A stretch of DNA of 64,000 nucleotides from Heptranchias perlo (Eukaryota): positions 62,001 to 126,000 of the forward strand of contig NW_027139272.1 of the NCBI RefSeq assembly GCF_035084215.1. Direction: 5' to 3'. Numbering within the stretch: position 1 is the stretch's first letter; each line of letters begins with the position of its first letter. Below, one piece after another: positions 11,880-24,745 of the stretch. The notes below the pieces were generated by a model. It saw only the letters and a list, made by a program, of their open reading frames with translations. It had not been told where the DNA came from and did no database searches. Both the position numbers and the translations under genes were made by a program.

Positions 11880-13160
11880 ATGGAGGGATAGAATTCAAAA
11901 GCAGAGAGGTTATGTTAGACCTGGATCAAACCTTGGTTAGACCACAATTAGACTACTGTGAACAGTTGTGGTCTCCATAAACAAGATATAGAGGGACTGG
12001 AGAAGGTACAAAAAAGAATCACAAGGACGATAACAGAACTGAGAGGTTATAACTATCAGGAAACATTGAACAGGCTGGGGCTCATTTTTATTATTTGTTC
12101 ATGGGATGTGGGCGTCGCTGGCGAGGCCAGCATTTATTGCCCATCCCTAATTGCCCTTGAGAAGGTGGTGGTGAGCCGCCTTCTTGAACCGCTGCAGTCC
12201 TTGTGGTGAAGGTTCTCCCACAGTGCTGTCAGGAAGGGAGTTCCAGGATTTTGACCCAGCGACGATGAAGGAACGGCGATATATTTCCAAGTCGGGATGG
12301 TGTGTGACTTGGAGGGGAATGTGCAGGTTGTGTTGTTCCCATGTGCCTGCTGCCCTTGTCCTTCGAGGTGGTAGAGGTCGCGGGTTTGGGAGGTGCTGTC
12401 GACGAAGCCTTGGCGAGTTGCTGCAGTGCATCCTGTGGATGGTACACACTGCAGACACTGTGCACCGGTAGTGAAGGGAGTGAATGTTTAGGGTGGTGGA
12501 TGGGGTGCCAATCATGCTTTGTCCTGGATGGTGTCGAGCTTCTTGAGTGTTGTTGGAGCTGCACTCATCCAGGCAAGTGGAGAGTATTCCATCACACTCC
12601 TGACTTGTGGCTTGTAGATGGTGGAAAGGCTTTGGGGAGTCAGGAAGTGAGTCACTGGTCGCAGAATACCCAGCCTCTGACCTGCTCTTGTTGCCACAGT
12701 AATTATGTGGCTGGTCCAGTTAAGTTTCTGGTCAATGGTGACCCCCAGGATGTTGATGGTGGGGGATTCGGCGAAAAGAGAAGGCTGAGGGATGACCTGA
12801 TCGAGATCTTAAAAATTATGAAATTGTTTAATAGGGGAGACATAGAGAATATGTATCCACTTGTGGGGGTGTCCAAAACTAGGGGCCATAAGTGTAATAT
12901 AGTCACTATTTCAGGAGAAACTTATCTCCCCAGAGAGTGGTTAGAATGTGGAACTCGCGACCACATGGAGTGGTTGAGGTGAGTCGCACAGATACAATCA
13001 AGGGGAAGCTGGATAAACACATGAGGGAGAAAGGAGTAGAAGGATATGTTGATAGGGTTAGATGAAGAGGGGTGGGAGGAGGCTTGTGTGGAGCATAAAC
13101 ACTGGCATGGACCAGTTGGGCCGAATGGCCTGTTTCTGTGGTGTAGATTCTATGTAATTC
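11880..13160 (+). mobile_element. CR1 LINE 3' fragment split by a nested insertion
   Basis: LNRLGL (to ~12083) continues as EKRRLRDDLIE (from ~12772). Confidence 0.8.
12085..12770 (-). mobile_element. LINE family B 3' fragment nested in CR1
   Basis: Reverse complement of 28400-29095. Confidence 0.88.
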
Positions 13161-13291
13161 GATATAATACTGTGCCTAGTTCTGGTCACCGAGAAGTAAG
13201 GCAGGGCAGAGGAGAGCAGTGAGGCCTGGTATCAAGGGTCTCAGTTATTGGGACAGACTGGAGAGACTTGAACACTTCACTCTGGAAAGGA

Positions 13292-13468
13292 GTGGTGTAA
13301 TTTTGACACTGGACGACAGTGTAAAAGGACCGATATCAGCTCAGTCACCTATTAAACATCTCTCCAGATTTGAAGTCAATAGAAATAAAAATGGGGAGAG
13401 GTGTTTAACGAGAGACCGAGCCAATATCGTCCGTGCTACATTATCGCCCAAAGTCTAAATAATCCCCG
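13292..13468. mobile_element. Palindromic MITE-like element
   Basis: Long imperfect inverted repeat (TTAAACATCTCTCC/GGAGAGGTGTTTAA; CGATAT/ATATCG) inserted in degenerate CR1 sequence. Confidence 0.55.
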
Positions 13469-13867
13469 AGGTGTCCGAGAGGTGATTCTATCGCGGTATA
13501 AGGGATAGTAAACAGTATGGAAATGGTAAATCAAAATCATACTTTAATTGTTGGAGTCGGCCAAGGGGACACAGGGTCAAACGTGTAAATGTAATTTCGG
13601 GACTGATATCAGGAAGTTCCTCTCACACAACAGTAATGAGCAAATGGGCAGCGTTAGGACAGGAACCAATTAGATGATGCAATGTAGGGGGGCACCTTTA
13701 GTCGTTCTAGATGGAGGAATTGATGGGCCAAATGGCTTCCCTCACCTGTAAATATCCGATGAACTCACCATCTGAATATCTCCCACAGGTTACTGAGGAT
13801 TCTTCATTCAGGTTTTGAGAGTTTAGGCCCTATAGTTTGCTCCACTTTGCTTCTGTCCTGAGAACAG

Positions 13868-14330
13868 ATTCATGTTGGGGTACAGTCCCATGGGTACTAG
13901 CCCTGGGAACAGAGACATGTTGGGGTACAGTCCCATGGGTACTAGCCCTGGGAACAGAGACATGTTGGGGTACAGTCCCATGGGTACTAGCCCTGGGAAC
14001 AGAGACATGTTGGGGTACAGTCCCATGGGTACTAGCCCTGGGAACAGAGACATGTTGGGGTCCAGTCCCATGGGTACTAGCCCTGAGAACAGAGACATGT
14101 TGGGGTACAGTCCCATGGGTACTAGCCCTGGGAACAGAGACATGTTGGGGTACAGTCCCATGGGTACGAGCCCTGGGAACAGAGAAATGTTGGGGTACAG
14201 TCCCATGGGTACTAGCCCTGGGAACAGAGACATGTTGGGGTACAGTCCCATGGGTACTAGCCCTGAGAATAGAGACATGTTGGGGTACAGTCTCATGGGT
14301 ACTAGCCCTGGGAACAGCGATAGGCTGGGG
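13868..14330. repeat. 45-bp minisatellite
   Basis: Unit CATGTTGGGGTACAGTCCCATGGGTACTAGCCCTGGGAACAGAGA, ~10 copies. Confidence 0.95.
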
Positions 14331-14689
14331 TATATTTCTGTGGCTGCTGCACATCTATTACACAAACAGTGAGCAACAGGAGGCTATTTGACTGTGTGGG
14401 CATCACAATGAACCTATTCCTGTTCTGGTCTGATGTCTCCACAGCTGCATGTTTCCCCAGAGCTGCCTGGAAGTGTCCAGGAGCTGGTACATAGGCTGTT
14501 GTCTCCCTATCGAAGGGATACTGAGGTTAGGTGTAACACCACTGTCCCCAGCTCAGGGCTGCACAGACCAGAGACAAGCTCTGAGTTACTGGGAAAATAT
14601 AGACCATAAATAAAAGGAAAGGCTCAGTGAACCTTCAAAGTCTTCAGCAGCAGAGGAGACCCTGTCCAGTGTATTCCAGGGGGTAACGG

Positions 14690-17405
14690 ACACGGTGTCA
14701 CATCACTGGAGCCCGTCAGTGAAAACTCCCCAGATCACATCACATTTCACTAAAACAACTGATTATACATCGGGAAGGAAAGAAAATAGTGGTGTTGGTG
14801 GCAGTGTTGATGAAGGGGAATATTGCAGTGCTGGAGAGAGAGGATGTCCCTGTGGGGCCAAGGACAGACTCTATTTGGTTAGATAGAGTTAAGAAACAAT
14901 AGAGGTGCCAGTGCACTACTGCGTGTATTCGATAGGCCACCAAATAGTAGGATGGGTCTAGAGGAGCAAATTTGCAGGGAAATTACAGAGAGGTTCAAGA
15001 ACTGTAGAGTCGTGATAATAGGGGACTTCAACTATCCCAATATAGACTGGGATCGTAATAGTGTAAAGGGCAAAGAGGGGGAGGAATTTCTTGCTCAGTA
15101 TGTTTCCGGCCCAACGAGGAAGGAGGCATTGCTGGATCTGGTTCTGGAGAATGAGGTGGGTCAAGTGGAGCAAGTGTCAGTGGGGGAACATTTAGGGAAC
15201 AATGATCACAATATCATAAGGTTTAGATTAGTTATGGAAAAGGACAAGGAGCAAACTAGAGTAAAAATACTTAATTGGAGGAGGGCCAATTTCAGTGGGT
15301 TGAGAACGGATCTGGTCTGGGTAAATTGGAATCAAAGATTGTCAGGCAAAACTGTAATCGAACAATGGGTGGCCTTTAAAGAGGAGATGGTTCGGGTACA
15401 GTAGAGGTACATTCCCACGAGGGGGAAAGTTAGGGCAACTGAAGTCAGAGCTCCCTGGATGACGAAAGAGATAGAGAGTAAGATGAAGCAGAAAAAGGGT
15501 GTCTGACAGATGTCAGGTTGATAATACAAGTGAGAACCAGGCTGAATATAGAAAGTACAGAGGAGAAGTCAAAAGGAAATAAGAGGGGCAAAGAGAGAGT
15601 ATGAGAATAGACTGATGGCCAATGTAAAAGGGAATCCAAAAATTTCCTATAGGCATATATTGGAAAATGGGTAGAAAAAGGAGTGGTGGGGCCAATTAGG
15701 GACACATGGAGGCAGAGGGCATGGCTGAGGTACTAAATGAATATTTGCATCTGTCTTTACCAAGGAAGAAGATGCTGCCAAAGTCACAGTAAAAGAGGAA
15801 GTAGTTGAGATACTGGATGGGCTATAAATTGATAGAGGACACATGAGAAAGTATTTAAAGGAGATGAGTTACCCGGTCCGGATGGGATGCATCCTGGGTT
15901 GCTGAGGGAAGTAAGGGTGGAAATTGCGGAGGTACTGGCCAAAATCTTCCAAACATCCGTCGAGACGGGGGTGGTGCCAGAGGACTGGAGAACTGCAAAT
16001 GTTACACCCTTGTTCAAAAAAGGGTGTAAGGATAAACCCGACAACTACAGGCCAGTCAGTTTAACCTTGGTGGTGGGGAAGCTTTTAGAAACGATAATCT
16101 GGGACAAAATTAATAGTTACTTGGACAAGTGTGGATTAATAAAGGAAAGCCAGCACGGATTTCTTAAAGGCAAATCGTGTTTAACTAACTTGATTGAGTT
16201 TTTTAATGAGGTAACAGAGAAGGTTGATGTATATATGGACTTTCAAAAGGCGTTTGATAAAGTGCCACATAATAGGCTTGTCAGCAAAATTGAAGCCCAT
16301 GGAATAAAAGGGGCAGTGACAGCATGGATAGGAAATTGTAAAGTGACGGGAAACAGAGAGTAGTGGTGAACGGTTATTTTTCGGACTGGATGAAGGTGTG
16401 CAGTGGTGTTCCCCAGGGGTCAGTACAAGGACCATTGCTTTTTTTGATATATACTTAGACTTGGGTGTACAGGGCACAATTTCAAAATTTGCAGATGACA
16501 TAAAACTTGGAAGTGTAATAAACAGTGAGGAGGATAGTGATAGACTTCAAGAGAACATAGATAGGCTGGTGGAATGGGCGGACACATGTCAGATGAAATT
16601 TAACGCAGAGAAGTGTGAAGTGATACATTTTGGCAGGAAGAACGAGGAGAGGCAATATAAACTAAATGGTACAATTCTAAAGGGGGTGCAGGAACAGAGA
16701 GACCTGGGGTTATATGTGCCCAAATCTTTGAAGGTGGCAGGACAGGTTGAGAAAGCGGTTAAAAAAGCATGCAGGATCCTGGGCTTTATAAATAGAGGCA
16801 GAGAGTACAAAAGTAAGGAGGTCATGTTGAACCTTTAAAAAACACTGCTTCAGCCACAACTGGAGTATTGTGTCCAATTCTGGGAACCGCACTTTAGGAA
16901 GGATGTGAGGCCTTTGAGAGGGAACAGAAAAGATTGACTACAATGGTTCCAGGGGAGAGGGACTTCAGTTACCTGGATAGACTGGAGAAGTTGGGGTTGT
17001 TCTCCTGAGAGCAGAGAAGGTTGAGAGGAGATTTGATAGAAGTGTTCAAAATCATGAAGGATTTTGATAAAGTAAATAAGAGAAACTGTTCCCATTGGTC
17101 GAAGGGCCAAGAACCAGAGGACACAGATTCAGTGATTGGCAAAAGAACTAAAGGTGACATGAGGAAAAATGTTTTTACACAGCGAATAGTCATGATTTGG
17201 AATGCGCTGCCTGAAAGGTTGGTGGAGGCAGATTCAATCGTGGGCTTTCGAAAAGGAATTGGATAAATACTTGAAGGGGAAAAAAATTGCAGGGCTATGG
17301 GGAAAGAGTGGGGTGAATGGGACTAACTGGATTGTTCTTACAAAGAGCCGGCACGGGCTCGATGGGCCGAATGGCATCCTTCTGTGCTGTAACGATTCTA
17401 TGATT
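14690..17405 (+). mobile_element. CR1 LINE ORF2 (endonuclease part + RT), frameshifted
   Basis: IIGDFNYPNIDW and LLDLVL...HLGNNDH (APE endonuclease); NYRPVSLT, DFQKAFD and FADD (RT); ATTCTATG tail at ~17395. Confidence 0.92.
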
Positions 17406-17503
17406 AAAATGTACGATCCAAATAATACGGTATATTTATTAAAATGTACAATCCAAAGAGTACGGTATATTTATTAAAATGTTTCTGATTCTCTGTCCTG
17501 CAG

Positions 17504-17526
17504 GAACTGAAAAGATTGAGAGAAAG
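17504..17526 (+). CDS. TRIM exon 4 (23-bp micro-exon)
   Basis: CTGTCCTGCAG|GAACTGAAAAGATTGAGAGAAAG|GTGAGT; a 23-bp exon at this position is characteristic of B30.2 TRIMs. Confidence 0.9.
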
Positions 17527-17618
17527 GTGAGTACCCAATCCAAACCCAGACTCGGTCTTACACTGTGATCACAGATTGTATCCAGCAGTGAGTGAGTGAA
17601 TCAATCCCATTCAAACAG

Positions 17619-17854
17619 GGACCTGGACAAAGGGGAGGGAGGAGAAGGTGCAGAGAGAGGGGAAGATCAAGAGAGATCGTCAGAGGAAGGTGAAGATCAA
17701 GAGAGATCGTCAGAGGAAGGTGGAGATCAAGAGAGATCATCAGAGGAAGATGAAGATGAAGAGATACTGGTATCTGCAAGTCTGAAATACGCCGTGTTTC
17801 GAGGCCCTTTACTCTACGCAGTGTGGAAGGAAATGAAACAGATCATCTCTCCAG
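17619..17854 (+). CDS. TRIM exon 5 (linker with acidic repeat insert)
   Basis: AACAG|G GAC...CCA G|GTATGA; phases 2 and 1 fit the flanking exons; ends FRGPLLYAVWKEMKQIISP. Confidence 0.88.
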
Positions 17855-18081
17855 GTATGAAACGACTCCACAGGTTTGGGTGAACTTTCTGTAGAGTTTC
17901 CTGCTCTCTTCTCCCTCTCCTGAATGTACTGACTGTTGTTGTGTACCGATCACTGGGGCAGCAGTCTCTGGTACCTCACTCAAGGGGCCGTTCTTTTTGT
18001 GTGACCTCAGATTGAGCGATTCAAGTAGAGACAGAATCAGAACATTTTCTCATTTGAATCCAGACACTCGCACTTTCCAGT

Positions 18082-19590
18082 AGGGTTCACTGGACAGTGG
18101 TCAGACTGAGACCCCCCTGACCCAGGGTTCACTGGACAGTGATCAGACTGAGACCCCCCCTGACCCAGGGTTCACTGGACAGTGATCAGACTGAGACCCC
18201 CCCTGACCCAGGGTTCACTGGACAGTGATCAGACTGAGACCCCCCTGACCCAGGGTTCACTGGACAGTGAACAGACTGAGACCCCCCTGACCCAGGGTTC
18301 ACTGGACAGTGAACAGACTGAGACCCCCCTGACCCAGGGTTCACTGGACAGTGATCAGACTGAGACCCCACTGACCCAGGGTTCACTGGACAGTGATCAG
18401 ACTGAGACCCCCCTGACCCAGGGTTCACTGGACAGTGAACAGACTGAGACCCCTCTGACCCAGGGTTCACTGGACAGTGATCAGACTGAGACCCCCCTGA
18501 CCCAGGGTTTACTGGACAGTGATCAGACTGAGACCCCCCTGACCCAGGGTTCACTGGACAGTGATCAGACTGAGACCCCCTGACCCAGGACTCACTGGAC
18601 AGTGATCAGACTGAGACCCCTCTGACCCAGGGTTCACTGGACAGTGATCAGACTGAGACCCCTCTGACCCAGGGTTCACTGGACAGTGATCAGACTGAGA
18701 CCCCTCTGACCCAGGGTCCACTGGACAGTGATCAGACTGAGACACCCCTGACCCAGGGTTCACTGGACAGTGATCAGACTGAGACCCCTCTGACCCAGGG
18801 TTCACTGGACAGTGATCAGACTGAGACCCCTCTGACCCAGGGTCCACTGGACAGTGATCAGACTGAGACCCCCCTGACCCAGGGTTCACTGGACAGTGAT
18901 CAGACTGAGACCCCTCTGACCCAGGGTTCACTGGACAGTGATCAGACTGAGACCCCCCAGACCCAGGGTTCACTGGACAGTGACCAGACTGAGACCCCGT
19001 GACCCAGGTTTCACTGGACAGTGATCAGACTGAGACCCCTCTGACCCAGGGTTCACTGGACAGTGATCAGACTGAGAACCCTCTGACCCAGGGTTCACTG
19101 GACAGTGATCAGACTGAGACCCCTCTGACCCAGGGTTCACTGGACAGTGATCAGACTGAGACCCCCCTGACCCAGGGTTCACTGGACAGTGATCAGACTG
19201 AGACCCCGTGACCCAGGTTTCACTAGACAGTGGTCAGACTGAGACCCCCCTGACCCAGGGTTCACTGGACAGTGATCAGACTGAGACCCCCCCTGACCCA
19301 GGGTTCACTGGACAGTGATCAGACTGAGACCCCCCCTGACCCAGGGTTCACTGGACAGTGATCAGACTGAGACCCCCCTGACCCAGGGTTCACTGGACAG
19401 TGATCAGACTGAGAACCCTCTGACCCAGGGTTCACTGGACAGTGGTCAGACTGAGACCACCCTGACCCAGGGTTCACTGGACAGTGGTCAGACTGAGACC
19501 CCTCTGACCCAGGGTTCACTGGACAGTGATCAGACTGAGACCCCTCTGACCCAGGGTTCACTGGACAGTGATCAGACTGAGACCCCTGGC
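18082..19590. repeat. 42-bp minisatellite (TRIM intron 5)
   Basis: Unit GGGTTCACTGGACAGTGATCAGACTGAGACCCCCCTGACCCA, ~36 copies; internal hairpin TCACTG-GA-CAGTGA. Confidence 0.95.
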
Positions 19591-19610
19591 TGACTGTTTT
19601 CCTCTGCCTG

Positions 19611-19814
19611 GTCTGTAATATCTGTTCACTGAACACACTGGAGTCCAGGAATATATCGAACTCTACACTGTACCCAGTCTGTAATATCTGTTCACTGAAC
19701 ATACTGGAGTCCAGGAATATATCGAACTGTACACTGTACCCAGTCTGTAATATCTGTTCACTGAACACACTGGAGTCCAGGAATATATCGAACTGTACAC
19801 TGTACCCAGTCTGC
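19611..19814. repeat. 66-bp tandem repeat, 3 copies
   Basis: Units start at 19611, 19677 and 19743. Confidence 0.9.
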
Positions 19815-19943
19815 ACTATTTACTGATACAGAAATTATAGACTGGGGGCCGAGCCCAGTTTTCCAGATATCAGATATTAACCTGTGTCCGTCCATCTTCC
19901 TCTGTCTAAAATATTTAACATGATGTCATTTTTATTTCCCCAG

Positions 19944-20488
19944 TCCCAGCCTCACTGACCCTGGACCCAAACACAGCTCATCGTTCGCTCATCCTGTCTG
20001 AGGACTGGACCAGTGTGAGACTCGGTGACAGAGAATTACAGCTTCCCGATAACCCGGAGAGATTCGATTCAGGTCCTTGTGTCCTGGGATCACAGGGATT
20101 CACATCAGGGAAACATTACTGGGAGGTGGAGGTCGGGGACAAGACTCAGTGGGCCGTGGGTGTGGCCAGAGAGTCAGTTAACAGGAAGGGAACGATATCA
20201 CTGGGGCCTAAACGTGGATACTGGGCCGTGTTCCTGAGTAATGGGAATGAATATGAAGCTCTTGAAAGCCCATTTGTCCCACTGACCCTGAGTGTGAAAC
20301 TCAGGACCATCGGAGTTTACCTGGACTATGAGGGAGGACAGGTGTCATTTTACAATGCTGATGATATGTCCAATCTCTACACTTTCACTCACACATTCAC
20401 TGAGAAACTCTTTCCTTATTTCTATCCTGGATCGCACGATGAGGGTAAAAATACTGCTCCCCTCAAACTGCGTCATTTCAAACTGTAG
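19944..20488 (+). CDS. TRIM exon 6 (B30.2/PRY-SPRY domain)
   Basis: TTTCCCCAG|TC; [28 protein letters not shown] and [16 protein letters not shown] motifs; TAG stop. Spliced CDS is 1590 nt = 529 aa. Confidence 0.96.
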
Positions 20489-21155
20489 CTTCCTAAACTG
20501 ATGAGTCAGAGTACAGAGAGAATGGGGGCAATATTAAACCCCCACGATGGGCGGGAGAGGGCCGGGGTGGGGGGGTTAAAAATGTAAGATTGCAAAACGC
20601 GACCCGAACCCGCTGCATACACGCCGGCCGCCATTTTTACAGCGGCGGGTTGCGTGGTGAGCCTGTGTCCCGCTCTCGAGAGGTGAGACATCTCATTATT
20701 ACCGGTACGACCCCCTCCCCCACTTCAAACCCCGATCCCTCCTCCCTCCCGATCCCTTCCCCCAATCCCTCCCTCCCGATCCCACCCCCTTTCAACCTGC
20801 GATCTCTCCGTCTCTCCCTCCCGATCCCTTCCCCCCAATCCCTCTCTCCCGCTCCCTTCCCCCCAATCCCTTCCCCCCCAATTCCTCCCTCCTGATCCCA
20901 CCCCCTTTCAACCCGCGATCTCTCCGTCTCTCCCTCCCGATTGCCAGTCCAACTTTCCCTTCCTTCAACCCCTGATCTTTCCCGATTGCCGGGCTCTGTC
21001 CCCAGTTGTCCTCTGATGTGGTCTTCTACCGCAGGCTTTCCCACGGATAAGAGACTGGAATTCCAGAGAGGCTGTCAGACTCTCATTGTATATTGGGAGT
21101 AATGTATCACAATATGTGGAAGCTGTACTGTAATCACACAAAGACTTTCACAACA

Positions 21156-21161
21156 AATAAA
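21156..21161 (+). terminator. Candidate polyadenylation signal of the TRIM gene
   Basis: AATAAA about 670 bp after the stop codon. Confidence 0.4.
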
Positions 21162-21892
21162 GAGTTTTAAAAGGAACAGAAAAGGTGCAGAGTGAACCCA
21201 TCACAGGAGCAGGGGCTGAACTGGTCGGTCAAGGTCCTGATGTACTGTATTTGGACACAGGCAGCCTGCCATCATTGATGTGTTTCCATTCCCAGTAAAT
21301 TCCAGAGCTGAGCTCCCGGTCGATGGGCTGGGACCCATCGTGTGGGGTGAACGAGCGCAGGTCAAATCGGGCAGGGGGCCAATCCTTTACACACCCGGTC
21401 CCCACCGGATTCTGGCTGAGCGACATCTTTAACCAGGACTTCCATTCGATGCCACTTTGTCCTCCTGAGAAACGGGAGAGAGTCTCGAAAGTCCTGAATG
21501 TTTCTCAAGGGATGGGAATGTGCCACGTTCGGAGATTTCCCAGTGGCTGCTCGACCATGTAAACTGGGCATTGCCATCCTTCGAGGGATTAGTTCCTCAA
21601 AGGAGTTTTGCCCCCTGCAGTGCTTTTGATGCACTGTTATTTTCCCTTTACCTCTTCTGCACTTTTTTCTGTCATCAATATTCAGAAGTGGGGATTAATC
21701 GGGATGATTCCCTTTCGGTCTGTGGTGTTCTGCCCCGAGGGCAGCTCCGAACTCAAGTCTCACACAGGAGGCTCTTGAACTGCTCACCAGGCAAGAGAAG
21801 CTGAGAAGGTTTCCATTTGCCTTCCTCATGGTTCTTATCTGCGGAGAACCTTCTCCCAGGTGGGCAGCAACCAAGGCTACAGACCCCACAGG

Positions 21893-22610
21893 AAACAGAC
21901 ACATCTCTCAGGATAGAGTTACAGGGAACTGACTGACACATCTCTCAGGATAGAGTTACAGGGAACAGACACATCTCTCAGGATAGAGTTACAGGGAACT
22001 GACTGACACATCTCTCAGGATAGAGTTACAGGGAACTGACTGACACATCTCTCAGGATAGGGTGACAGGGAACTGACTGACACATCTCTCAGGATAGGGT
22101 TACAGGGAACTGACTGACACATCTCTCAGAATAGAGTTACAGGGAACAAACAGACACATCTCTCAGGATAGAGTTACAGGGAACTGACTGACACATCTCT
22201 CAGGATAGAGTTACAGGGAACTGACTGACACATCTCTCAGGATAGAGTTACAGGGAACTGACTGACACATCTCTCAGGATAGAGTTACAGGGAACTGACT
22301 GACACATCTCTCAGGATAGGGTGACAGGGAACTGACTGACACATCTCTCAGGATAGGGTTACAGGGAACTGACTGACACATCTCTCAGGATAGGGTTACA
22401 GGGAACTGACTGACACATCTCTCAGGATAGAGTTACAGGGAACTGACTGACACATCTCTCAGGATAGAGTTACAGGGAACTGACTGACACATCTCTCAGG
22501 ATAGGGTTACAGGGAACTGACTGACACATCTCTCAGGATAGAGTTACAGGGAACTGACTGACACATCTCTCAGGATAGAGTTACAGGGAACTGACTGACA
22601 CATCTCTCAG
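21893..22610. repeat. 37-bp minisatellite
   Basis: Unit GACACATCTCTCAGGATAGAGTTACAGGGAACTGACT, ~19 copies. Confidence 0.95.
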
Positions 22611-23459
22611 TCAATGGTGAAGATAATTGGACAGGATGTATATCTGCAGCTGATTCACTATTGCTCGATTGTTCACTACTGCCCCCAAGGCCAATTTCAC
22701 CCCCCTCCCCCACCCCGGACTCAATGACCTGACCCCCAGTCAGAGACTCTCACTGGGAATTTCCTCAGGGCTGCTCCTGAACGTCTGCCGTAACTTCTGT
22801 ACAATTTCCACTGATCTTACGCTCAAGTTACGTCAACCAATCGGGAGAATCCTCCAGGAAATCCGACCTCCGACCTGAAACGACTTCGAACTGGAGCAGA
22901 GACATTGGTCACACTGATAACATGACACAGTGTTACAGAGTCACCTACAGACTTCACAGGGTTAGTATGGACACATTTAGCAGGGCAGAAGTCCGTAGGA
23001 ACTGTTTACATTAGAGGTTTCAATGGGAGGACGTGACAGGTAGAGTGATTTAATAATACACTGGCAGATATCCCGTGGTATTGTACACGGTGAGTCACGG
23101 CCAAACGTAATCTTCAGGTGAAGCAGGGTTAGAGGGTGGAGGATAATGAGATCTGGGTGAGCAGTTGTAATTCAGAGCCTCTTTAAAATCAGAGACTCGG
23201 TTGTTATTTTTATAAATGACTTTGATTTGATATTATTACTTGGAGTTAAAGAGGAAAACAAGGGGGACTTGGGAAGCAGAGAAGTCGAGTTATTTGGAGT
23301 TCGGAGTTTCTTTGTATTGCAGGCTGAGATACTATAGCACCCCCACTGGTGGGAGGGTGAAATTACAGCGTGACTGTTTACATAGGCAGGTTCCATATCA
23401 TGGAAAACATTGACACAAAAGTGTGACAAAAATGTGACAACAGGAAGTAAGGCTTCCTT

Positions 23460-24435
23460 GACCCACCCTTGAACCTTCTGTCCTTGCAAATTACCGCCCC
23501 ATCTCCAACCTCCCTTTCCTCTCCAAAGTCCTTGAACGTGTTGTCGTCTCCCAAATCCAAGCCCACATTTCCCGCAACTCCATGTTTGAATCCCTCCAAT
23601 CAGGTTTCCGTCCCTGACACAGTACTGAAATGGCCCTTATCAGAGTCACAAATGACATCCTCTGTGACTGTGACCGTGGTAAACTATCCCTCCTCATCCT
23701 TCTTAAACTGCTGCATCCTTTGACATGGTTGACCACACCATCCTCCTCCAATGCCTCTCCTTCGTTGTCCAGTTGGATGGGATTGCCCTCATCTGGTTCC
23801 ATTCTTATCTATTCAACCTGCAATGGTTTCCTTTCCCACTCCCGCATCATTACTTCTGGAGTCCCCCAAGGATCTATCCTGGGACCCCGCCCATCTCTCA
23901 TCTACATGCTGCACCTCGGCGACATCATCCGAAAACACATCATCAGATTCCACATGTGCACTGAGGACACCCAGCTCGACCTCCCCATCACCTCTCAACT
24001 CCTCCACTGCCTCTGATTTGTCACGCTGCTTGTCTGACATCCAGTATTGGATGAGCAGAAATTTCCTCAAATTAAATATTGGGAAAACAGAAGTCATTGT
24101 CTTCGGTCTCCGCCACAAACTCCGTTCCCTAGACCCCCGACTCCATCCCTCTCCCTGGCCACTGTCTGAGGCTGAACCAGACCGTTCGCAACCTTGGCGT
24201 CCTATTTGACCCTGAGATGAGCTTCTCACCACATATCCGCTCCATCACCAAGACCGCCTACTTCCACCTCCGTAACATCGCCCGTCTCCGTCCCTGCCTC
24301 AGCCCATCTGCTGCTGAAACCCTCATTCATGCCTTTGTTACCTCCAGACTTGACTATTCCAATGCTCTCCTGGAGGACCTCCCACCTTCCACCCTCAATA
24401 TACTTGAGCTCATCCAGAACTCTGCTGCCCGTTCA
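23460..24435 (+). mobile_element. L2-clade LINE RT fragment
   Basis: NYRPISNLPFLSKVLE, SGVPQGSILG, LKLNIGKTE and HAFVTSRLDYSNALL motifs. Confidence 0.9.
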
Positions 24436-24439
24436 CCCG

Positions 24440-24745
24440 TCATCCCACATAAGGAGATAACAGCACAGGTGACCAATACCTCAAAGAGGTCGGTTTTAAG
24501 GAGCTCCTTGAAGGAGGAGAGAGAGGTAGAGCGGTGGAGAGGTTTAGGGAGGGAATTCCAGAGCTTAGGGCCTAGGCAGTTGAAGGCATGGGCGCCAATG
24601 GTGGAGCGATTAAAATCGGGGATGCGCAAGAGGCCAGAATTGGAGGAGTGTAGAGTTCTCGGTGGGTTGTCGGGCTGGAGGAGGTGATAGGGAGGGGTGA
24701 GGCCATGGAGGGATTTGAACACAAGGTTGAAAATGTTAAAACCGA
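24440..24745 (-). mobile_element. L2 LINE 3' fragment, inverted
   Basis: FKSLHGLTPPY...GPKLWNSLP on the minus strand. Confidence 0.85.

Noticed and set aside
21229-21890. Possible minus-strand terminal exon
   Set aside because: Stops interrupt the frames I checked and there is no recognisable domain
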